A program made the position numbers and the translations under genes. 64,000 nt of DNA from Zygnema circumcarinatum SAG 698-1b (Eukaryota; Plantae; Zygnematophyceae): NCBI GenBank assembly GCA_037447605.1, contig CM074819.1, forward strand, positions 1,944,297 through 2,008,296, read 5' to 3'. Numbering within the stretch: position 1 is the stretch's first letter; each line of letters begins with the position of its first letter. The notes under the pieces are model-generated. The model made no database searches. It worked only from the letters and a program-made list of their open reading frames with translations, and was not told the origin of the DNA. Below, piece by piece: positions 54,002 to 64,000 of the stretch.

Positions 54002-57000
54002 GCGGACGCGGACGAGGACGCGCTCGCGGGCGCGCGAAACGCTGTGTCCCGAAAGTGTACGGACCTGCACGAAGCACATGGGAGCTACAGTGGCGGACGT
54101 AAAGGCTAAGTGTCAAGAGGGGCATACGCCAGGGGGTGCAGGCCATGGCCAAAGGCCAAAGACCAAAGACCAAAGACCGTGAGCGGTCGTCGAAAGACCC
54201 AGGGCGGAAATCACGGCGCCTTGCATGCACTTACATAAAGCCGCTCTTGTGCAAGCTCTCATCACTCTCATACTCACACCAAGCGGGTGTGTAGCGAGCT
54301 GAGGTGAACCTTTAGTCAGAGGTTGTGTGGCTGTAAGGGAATAGGAGAAAAGCGGGGTAGTTCAAGCTGCATTCAGTAGTGAGGCACTGCTGCAATCTGT
54401 TGTACTTCACTCCAAAGAAAACCAGAGTTTTATGTCCCCGCGGGGGCTTTCTACCTTGTGTTCTTTCTTGCACATCCGCCTTGGAGCATCTTTCGCGGTG
54501 AACTCCGCCGTGACCGGGTGATGTCAACGACCCGGACAGAGGGAGGAGACTTTGTTGAAAGGAGATCCTCGGTGGAATCTCCAACAAGTGGTATCAGAGC
54601 TGATAACGATTTTCGGCCCAACCTTCCTATCTTTCGAGGTACTGACTATAAGGATTGGCGGTGGCAGATGATCACCCTCCTACAGACCAGGGATCTGGTC
54701 CACTACGTAGATGGGACGATCAAACCACCGGCAGATGATTCGACCATGGCGGCCAACGAATTGGCAACGTGGACGAAGAAGGACGCACAAGTGAGGCTGC
54801 TCATTGCCTCAAAAGCTGTCCGAGGGAACCACTGCAAAGATGGCCAGTGAAGTACGCCTACGGATGTGGCGGCTTCGTAACATCTACGACACCATCGATA
54901 TCAACGTCAAATTCGAGCTCTACGATGAGCTGGTGCAGATGAAGATGGCCCAGACCGAGGAGCTAACCACCTACGTGATTCGATTCGACGAACTGATGGC
55001 GAAATTCGTGATTGTCCATCAGCCAATCGAGAAAGATCATCAAATTGTGAGCTTCCTCAGAGGTTTGCCGAGCCGGTTTGCACCCACCATCAACTCCCTG
55101 AAAACCTTGCTCGTCAAAAATCCACTTACGCTTGAAGAGGTGGTGATGAGGGTGAGAGCGGAGGAGAATTCGATCAAAGGAACAAAGAAGACCAGTTCCG
55201 AAGACGTGATGGCGATCGAGCAGCGGCGGCTCCAAAAGAACAGTGGAGCGCCGGACAAATTCTGCACTTACTGCAAACGCAAGGGTCACCTTGAAGCCGA
55301 ATGTCGAACCAAGAAGGCTGCCCAGGGCAACGCACCGACCCCAAGTGCACCCAAGAAGGACGGCAAAGGCAAAGGCAAGGAGATCATTTGCTACAAGTGT
55401 GAGCAGCCGGGACACATGGCACGCAACTACACAGGAGCTGTAGCTGCCTCAATGAATGCTAGTCTAGCGGCTAGTGATACCAAGCACGCGGCTTTTGTAA
55501 ATCAGCTTTCTCTTAATGAAGATGAATATTCTGATTATTTGCCGTGGCTCATAGACTCAGGTGCTTCTAAGCACATGTGCAGCGACAGATCTCTCTTCTC
55601 TGACATTCAGACGCTGGATGAGTCACGCGCGGTGACCTCAGCCACGGGAGATCAAATTGCAGTCACACAAGGAGGAATAGTCCAGCTTTCACCCCAGGGT
55701 GAAGGTACAGCATCCCAAATCAGAATTGGTAGTGTCTTGCACACCCCCACCCTTAGAAATAATTTCTTTTCGGTGAGTCAGATCTGCGGGAGTGGATATG
55801 AGGGGATTTTCAGGCAGAATACTTGCAAAATCGTGCATAGAAAAACCAGGAAAATTCTGTGTCGAGGGACCCAACGCGGTGGGCTATACTACCTAGACTG
55901 GAAACCGGTTAAACGGGAGTCAGTCGCAGCCGCGCGTGCTGAGCGCAGCATGCGTGAAGGGGGAGCATCGGCACGCGCCTCGGACAGCGCGTCCCGTGCC
56001 CTTCAACCTGCAAGCGCCGCGAAAATCGAAAGCAGTAACGGACCCGTGATCGCTCTGGGGAGCGAACACGATGGTCGCGATGCTGACAGAGGCGCTAAAC
56101 GCAGCGTACCCAGCAGCCATGGACCTGCCCGCGACGACGCCGCGAGCGGCCATTTTCGAACCGCGAAGGTCCCGACGGGGGCACGCGAAGGCGAAACCTC
56201 GCGCGCTACCGACAGCGCGCGCGGCAGACGCGAATTCCAAACCACGCGCGCCACCGACATCGCGCGCGGCGAACACGAAGTCGAAAATTGTACGGACAAT
56301 TTTCGCGCCGAAACGGCTAAGGATGGCGCCCGCGCTTTTGGTCGGCGCGACGGCCCTTTACGCCGTGACGAGACAAGTCGAAATATTTTCGCGACCCCGG
56401 GCGGCACGCGAAACTTCACTGAAGTGCCTACGGAGCCAAGATTCAATGGGGGATCTGAGTCCGTACAGCAGGCCTCCGATTCGGCCCAGCTTTGGCATCG
56501 GCGACTTGGCCACCTGTCGTACAGCGGGCTGGAGACCCTCGCGACGCAGAGTCTCGTGAGAGGTTTCCCCTTCACGACGATCACCAAGACGGGAACTGTC
56601 TGCCCCGACTGCGCGGCGGGAAAAACACACCGTCACCCCTTCACGACCCACGGTGCGGAGGCGTTCCGCGCGACACGGAGGTTGGAGCTCGTTCACAGCG
56701 ACATCTGTGGACCGATCACTCCGGAGACGAAGGGAGGAGCAAGGTACTTTATCACATTCCTTGATGATTACTCAAGGAAGGTCTGGGTTGTGCTGTTGAA
56801 GCACAAGAGCGAGGCATTGGAGTCCTTTCGTGCTTGGCAGATTGAGGCAGAAAGGCAGTCCGGGGAGAAGATTCAGAGATTCCGGACGGATAATGGGGGA
56901 GAATATAAATCCCTCCAGTTCTCTGAATATCTCAAGTCCCTTGGGATTCGACACGAGTTCACGGCCCCGTACAGCCCACAGAGCAACGGCGCAGCAGAGA

Positions 57001-59871
57001 GAGTGAACCGGACCCTTGGAGACATGACCAGGTCCATGTTAAGTGAGTCACCCTTCCCCTTACTTTTTTGGGGGGAAGCGATCCTCACGGCGACCTACAT
57101 CCGGAACAGATGTCCCTCCCGCGCCCTGAAAGATCACAAGCAGGTACCCGAGGAGATGTGGAGTGGCCGAAAGCCAACGGTTCAGCATTTGCGAGTCTGG
57201 GGCTCCCCATGCTGGATAGCGATTCCAAAGAGCAAGCAAACGACGAAGTTCAGCCCGAGAGGAGAATTCGGCTACTTCCTCGGCTACAACGCCGACAGTT
57301 TGACTTACCGCATCTGGAATCCCTCCACAGAGAAGGTTATGACCAGTCGTGACCTTACCGTTGAGGAGAACCACAAAGAGAAACAGCACGCACGGACTCG
57401 AGTGGAGCCGCTCCCGGACATCGAGTTTCTCCCCTTGCGGGAGATACCGGGAGGTGTGGATCCCCCCCCACCAGCGTCTACTCCTTTGGACCCAGCGGAT
57501 CAGCACCCACTACGGCGCACGGAGACGCCGCAACGTGGAGAAGCGGCTTTCCAGGAGGAACAGCCCGAATCGGCATTCCCGGAGGAACAGCCCGACGACA
57601 ACCTGCCCGATGATGACAACGATCAAGACACCACTGAAGAGGACGCGGAAGCGGCACCTGCAGCCCAGGTACCAACCAGATGGATACCCAGGCATGGTCT
57701 AGACCCACCTCTCTATGCTAACGCCAAGGGGTTTACCCCCAACTACGGCAAGAAGCCACCTCCTAGGGACAGGAACAGGCCAGATCGGTATGGAGATTAT
57801 GTAAGTAGACCACCATGGAAGCAGACTCCGAGGAGCACGAGGGGGAATTCAGAGAGATCACCCCTCGACTCAGCCGACTTCGCCGGGATGGCGATCTGCC
57901 TCATGGCACATTTCGAGGAGCCGCCCACATATTCCGACGCATTGGAAGGAGCGGACGCAGCGAAATGGAAAGTAGCCATAGATAGCGAGCTAAATAGCCT
58001 CAAAGAGAATGGGACATGGCGGTTAGAGAAGCTGCCCCCAGGACGCAAGGCAATTGGCTGCAAGTGGGTGTTTAAAGTCAAACGCAAATCAGATGGGAGT
58101 GTAGATAGGTTCAAGGCACGGTTAGTGGCAAAAGGTTTCGCACAGAAATTCGGCATCGACTATTCTGAAACCTTTGCACCCGTTGTCAAGTTCAACTCAC
58201 TGCGCGCATTGATTTCGATTGCGGCGGATGAAGGCATGCATGTCCACCAGCTGGACATCAAGACAGCCTTTCTCTATGGAGATCTCGAGGAGGAGATCTA
58301 CATGAAGCAACCGGAAGGGACGATTGAGCCAGGAACAGAGCACCTCGTCTGTAGGCTTGTGAAGAGCCTGTACGGCCTCAAGCAAGCACCGAGGATCTGG
58401 TACCAGAAAATCCACGAGCTGCTCATCAGGAATGGCTTCACACGCTTCAACGCCGACCACTCGGTGTACAGGAAGGGAGAGGACGACGCACAGATGTTTG
58501 TAGGTATCTACGTAGATGACCTAATCATCGTGAGCTCCTCCATGAAGAGCATTCAGGGTCTCAAGGACCTGCTGCAGCGGAATTTTCAGATGTCAGATCT
58601 CGGCCCTGCAGAATACCTCCTCGGCATCCAGCTTAAGAGGGGGCAAGACGGTAGCATGTTCCTCAGCCAGGAGAAGTACGCCAAGGAGGTCTTGGCGAAG
58701 TTCAACATGGACAAGTGTACCCCAAGCTCCACTCCCATGGACGGCAGCTCAGAGCTCAGCCGGGACATGAGCCCTCAGACGAAGGCGGAGGCACGGGCGA
58801 TGNNNNNNNNNNAGATTCCCTTGCATATCCTGACGGACAACAAATCCTCAATAGCGCTGATCGAGAATCCCGTATTTCATAGGCGTAGCAAGCATATCAA
58901 GATCCAGCACCACTACACACGGGAGTTAGTGGAGGCGGGCGAGATCGCGGTCTCGTTTGTACGGACAGAAGATATGGCTGCAGATATGTTGACCAAAGGG
59001 GTCAACGGACCAATCATGTGGAGGAACAACGTCCTCCTGAATCTCGGTCCATTTAGAGCCTAGGCCCCAAGAGGGGGAATGTTGTACGGGTCTAGAGGCC
59101 GTACAACGTTTGGCGCATAGTCTCTAGCGGATAATGAACTAGACGCGAACATGAAGCGACAAGGATGGTCAGCTGAACAATGTGGCCTTGATGGATTGCG
59201 GGACCCGTGGCGTGGCGGGCCTTGTGGGGTTCAAAAGCGTGTATGAGCACAACATTCAGTCATTACGGATGCGGGCCCAGCGGGCCTTGGGCCAGCGGGC
59301 GGGGCTGGCCTTCAGCGGCCCAGCAGCAGCGGCGTGTCCCGAGAATTATGCGGACCTGCAGCTTACATGGGAGCTGATGGCGGGCGTAAAGGCTAAGTGT
59401 CAAGAGGGGCATACGCCAGGGGGTGCAGGCCATGGCCAAAGGCCAAAGACCAAAGACCAAAGACCGTGAGCGGTCGTCGAAAGACCCAGGGCGGAAATCA
59501 CGGCGCCTTGCATGCACTTACATAAAGCCGCTCTTGTGCAAGCTCTCATCACTCTCATACTCACACCAAGCGGGTGTGTAGCGAGCTGAGGTGAACCTTT
59601 AGTCAGAGGTTGTGTGGCTGTAAGGGAATAGGAGAAAAGCGGGGTAGTTCAAGCTGCATTCAGTAGTGAGGCACTGCTGCAATCTGTTGTACTTCACTCC
59701 AAAGAAAACCAGAGTTTTATGCCCGGTGGGGCTTTCTCTACCTTGTGTTCTTTTCTTGCACATCTGTCTTGAGCATTCCTTTCGTGAACTGCTGCACTGA
59801 AGATGTCAACGAATTCCGGACAGAGTGGAGGAGACTTTGTTGAAAGGAGATCCTCGGTGGAATCTCCAACA
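54002..59871 (+). mobile_element. Copia family 3, near-complete: partial 5' LTR to 54586, PBS 54589-54600, gag-pol to 59063, PPT, 3' LTR 59080-59871
   Basis: Two knuckles, WLIDSGASKHMC, LWHRRLGH, VHSDICGP, RT YVDD, RSKHI. One frameshift near 54830 and an N gap at 58803. The LTRs match closely over ~54100-54430 vs ~59390-59720. Confidence 0.96.
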
Positions 59872-60212
59872 ATTTTCTTCTCTTGGGTGGATGGACATGC
59901 TCTGCTGAATTTATTTTGTCTTGTTTTGTTTTGTCGCCGTAGAGCGCATGAGTGCACGCTTTGTGAGAGCAGTCAGAATCGCGAGGAGGAGCAGGAGTCC
60001 AGATTTAGGGTTCAGGCTAGGCTTAGGGTTTCGTGAGTACTTCAAATAGAGGAAACTAATAGTTTACTGTAAGTCAAACGTGTAGGGAGATGTAGGGGCT
60101 CAAAAATGGGTCGTATGTGTTTTTTGGTGGGTTGCCAACCGTTGACAACTAGTGATTTAATGGTTGCCAACCATTTGATTTAATGGATATAACCATTCGA
60201 CTGGTTGCCAAC

Positions 60213-63200
60213 TGTTGGAGTCTGGATCTGCTCGCTGCTCCCGGCGCCACCTCGCGTGTCGCCCTCCATTGGAACTCCGGTTCCCACCGATGAAGACATC
60301 TTCACTCTCTCTCACTCTATCTCACTTCACTCATAGCCCATAACTCACAGAATGAACGCAGAGNNNNNNNNNNGCCCGACCGTATTTCCTAGGAACACTA
60401 CTAGCAGATCTCATGTTTCCCAATTGAGGACCACAACAATGTTAGTGTGAACCCGTACAATGTCTAACTATAGTACACTAACACTAACAATCCCCCTCTT
60501 GGGCCTCAGTTCCTCATGGGCCCTAGCCCAATGAGTCTGCTATTCACTAGTAGCGTCTCACCACTAACTCCTTTAGTCAACATATCCGCAGCCTGCTCCT
60601 TCGTCCCCACGAACTTCACAACAATCATCCCCTCCTCTACTAATTCTCGCACATAATGGTATTGTACTCTAATGTGCTTTGTCCTCTTATGAAACACAGG
60701 GTTTTCAACAAGAGCTATGGACGACTGATTATCCGTGAACAAAGTCAAGGGACGTTGTGGCCTCTTACACTCATCAAAGAATGTTGGAACCAAGCTCCCT
60801 CCTTGTTCAGCATTGACATGCTCCCATGTACTGCGCCCAGCCCGGTCTTGGGCTCGCGCCAGCCAGAATCACGTAACCGAGCTCCATGAGATGCATCCCA
60901 CTGCGTTGAGTAAACAAATCGAGGAGATGCGATGGCGATATTATTACGTGCCTCCCGGTCAGAGTCGGTGTATCCGATCACTCTGTTCGGCCCTCTCTCG
61001 TAACGAAGTCCGTACTCCAGGGTCCCCCGTACGAACCGAAAGATTCGCTTTACGGCCTCCCAATGCTCAGGGCCGGGATTCTCCATGAACCGACTTGCGG
61101 CGCTCACAGCCTTCGCCAAGTCCGGTCGGGTACCAATCATTAGGTACATTAAACTTCCGATAGCAGATCTGTACGGCACTCCGTACATGCGCTGTACCTC
61201 CGCGTCCGTCGCGGGCTCCATATCTTTCGACAATCTCGCGCCGATCTCCATCGGACTGGTGCACGGTCTGCACTCCTCCATATTGAATCTCGCTAGCGCA
61301 TCCGGTACTTCTTACGACTTAGGAGCAGGGCTTGATCCACGCCCCCTCTTAATTTGTATCCCGGGGAGATCTTTGCGCCTCCCTAGATCGACATTTGGAG
61401 ATTGGCTTGCGAAAGCTTCTTGAGATCATTGATTCTCTCTAGTGAGAGACTCACCATAATGAGGTCATCCACGTAGATCCCAACGTATATGAGATCTCCC
61501 TCCTCTCCTTGTCGGTAGACGGAATGATCCGTCTCAAAGCGCGCAAATCCGTTGCTCCTCAGAAGATCGTCAATCTTCTCGTACCAGATCCTGGGTGCCT
61601 GCTTCAGTCCGTACAGACTCTTCACTAGGCGTGAGCGAGATGCTCTGCCCGGGACAACTTTCCCTTGAGCATCCCATGTAAGATCTCCTCGGCCAAGATC
61701 TCCGTCGCGAGGAAGCAGGTCTTGATATCTAGCTGATGGACATGCATCCCCTCAGCAGCTGCGATCGAGATTAGGGCACGGAGGGAGTTAAACTTCACCA
61801 CCGGGGCGAAAGTCTCCGTGTAGTCGATTCCGTACTTCTGGCTGTAGCCCTTCGCCACCAGCCGCGCCTTGTAACGGTCGACACTCCCGTCCGCCTTTCG
61901 CTTCACCTTGAACACCCACTTGCATCCAATGGCTCTCCTTCCCTTCGGCAGCTTCTCCAGTCGCCACGTCCCGTTCTCTATCAGACTATTCCACTACGTA
62001 TGTCGATCATTTTCGCCGCCGGGGCTCCATCGACCCCCGCCATTGAGCCTCCTGGTTTGCGGCTGCGATTGATCATGTAGCGATGGGCAACTCGCGGTCG
62101 GCTGATCCGTGGGCACTCTCTCTGCGCCGGGTTGGTCTGCGGCGGCACAGCTATGCGTTCAGGCCTCCCTCACCACCACGGGTGCTCCTCGGCCGGTCGC
62201 TGCGTTCTCACTCCTCGAGTTGAAGAAAATTCGGAACAAATCCAGTCCTGCCCTCATCAGCGTCTCTCTCGGCCATATCAAGTCCTCGGACTCTGTCGGA
62301 GTGCAAAGTCACCAGTTTGACCGAATCTTCCCTCATCGGCAATTGAGGTGTGTAGTAAGGGCCCGCTCCGGAGTCGATTTCTCCGGCTCCTTGCGACGCC
62401 GGGTTCGACTCAGCCTCCTTTCGACGTTGACATTGCTCACGAGTGGCTCCTTAGGCTCTCGCGGCATCTTTGCGATCTCCTCCAAAGCGGGACCTTAGAG
62501 GCCCCGGCTTGCCCAGCCTCATTTGGTCTCAGCGTCCTCATATACACAATCTCCAATCTGTCTTTTTGGGTACGGGTCTCACCTAGCAAATACACGCCAC
62601 TGCGATCCACCGTGATGTCCCTCGAGCTCTGCACTTCCTTCGCTCGCGGGTTCCAAATCCTGTAGGTGCGACTGTCCATGTTGTAGCCGAGAACATATCC
62701 TTCAACGGCTCGCGGGTCAAACTTCCTCTTCTGTCTCGCCTTCGGCACTGTCGACCAGCAGCGCGCTCCGAAAGCCTTCAGGTGGGAAACCGTGGGCTTT
62801 CTCCCACTCCACACCTCCTCAGGAACCTGGTCCTTGAGCACAGAAGGATGGGCATCTATTCCTAAGGTAGCTAAGGTCATCACACGCCTCTCCCGAGAAA
62901 AGCGGGAAGGGGAATCTATGAGCATGGTCATGTCCCCAACGTCCTATTACCACTTTTCGGCAGCTCCATTGCTTTGAGGGAGTAGGGAGGCAGAGAATTC
63001 ATGCCCCAATTCCACGAGTCTTGAGGTACTTTCGCCGAACTCCTTGACTTGAACTCCCCCTCCAGATTGTCCCGGCGCAGAGTCTTGAGTTTACGTCGCT
63101 CTCTCGCTCCCACATCTGAGTCTGCCAATCACGAGAAGGCTCGAAAGCCTGGGAACTTGTTCTTGAAATTTTTCACCCGATTTCCTCGAAAATCGCCGAG

Positions 63201-63850
63201 AAAAGTGATGAAGTACCGGCTCCTCCACTGCGTTGCGGTGTCCGCGGGGCCACAAGGTCGGTGTGAACCAACTCCGGTTCTCTAGCATGAAATTGCGCCT
63301 CCTCTCCTAAGCTCCACCATGAATGGTTCCGTCTTGCCTTCCCCTCTACACACTCCTTACCGTAGAGAGCTCCTTCTCCACGACATCTCGTCTAACCCAG
63401 CGGACCAGCCCCTTAGCGGCAAGCTGTTGCAACCCCGATGATTCAAAAGATGTCCAAGTCTGATGCAGAGATTTATAGCGGTTCATTACCCGACCATCAC
63501 ATCTTCATCCTCGTCAGCTTCTATAATGAATGTCACGGGCCTCCGCTTCTCATACTACCCCTCAAAGCGGCCGCTTCCCCGTCAACTGCTTTGCATGAGT
63601 AGCTACACAAGACTTCTCCTTGGTGCTGATCCTACCATTGCCCCCTCTTTACACACCTGGCTATGAGACATGAAGTTACGGTTTCAGCTGCGGGGGTGTG
63701 GAGTATCCACCCGATACACAAAGCGGCTCCTCCCTCTCCTCTTAAGTAGATGGCCGAGCCGTCTCGAGAATCATCTTGGCCTACTCCACCCGCCGTGGTA
63801 CATCCGCGCGCTTGCCTTTCTGGCTGACCACAGGTACTCATAGTGATCTT
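60213..63850 (-). mobile_element. Copia family 1 copy b (3' LTR 60213-60489 gapped, PPT, RH, RT, IN, PR; continues toward the window end)
   Basis: ACTAACAATCCCCCTCTTGG junction at ~60483-60502; minus-strand RT and IN ORF fragments nearly identical to copy a. Confidence 0.92.
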
Positions 63851-64000
63851 ATGGCTATCCCTTCCATCTCGGCCTAGCCCGGATAGGTTAGGGCGTTACT
63901 TGAACCGCGGGGGAGGTCTTGGGCTGGAGTACTGTGGCCGAACCAGGATCTTTTGGATAAAATGCTTGAAGTGCGTCAAAATGCAGTTATGCCGGGCGCT

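Overview
Eukaryotic green-plant DNA with plant-type TTTAGGG telomere motifs, iMet-primed LTR elements and GT-AG introns that are CT-rich on the sense strand. A streptophyte alga is plausible, but that is inference. The assembly is gappy and locally indel-noisy. Both ends (1-13.6 kb and 34.5-64 kb) are nested transposon clusters: three Ty1/Copia families, two Ty3/Gypsy chromovirus-type families and a duplicated hAT transposase. The middle (14-34 kb) is a gene island containing a TrmL/SpoU tRNA methyltransferase, a plastidic-glucose-transporter-like MFS gene and the 3' part of a NodGS/GSI-like gene whose exons lie on both strands. It also holds non-autonomous DNA transposons and satellites. The most notable observations are: (1) a miniature LTR element (TRIM) whose 130-bp LTR contains a tRNA-shaped Pol III-promoter-like module and shares its terminus with the local Gypsy; (2) an extra domain between Gag and protease in both Gypsy families, resembling a DNA N6-adenine methyltransferase with a degenerate catalytic motif and reached by a conserved G_GAA_AAC -1 frameshift; (3) a bacterial-like PolX fragment fused to telomeric repeats; (4) a segmental duplication explainable by LTR-LTR recombination; (5) a transposon TIR pair enclosing the whole TrmL gene. 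All protein assignments come from motif recognition; no database searches were run.
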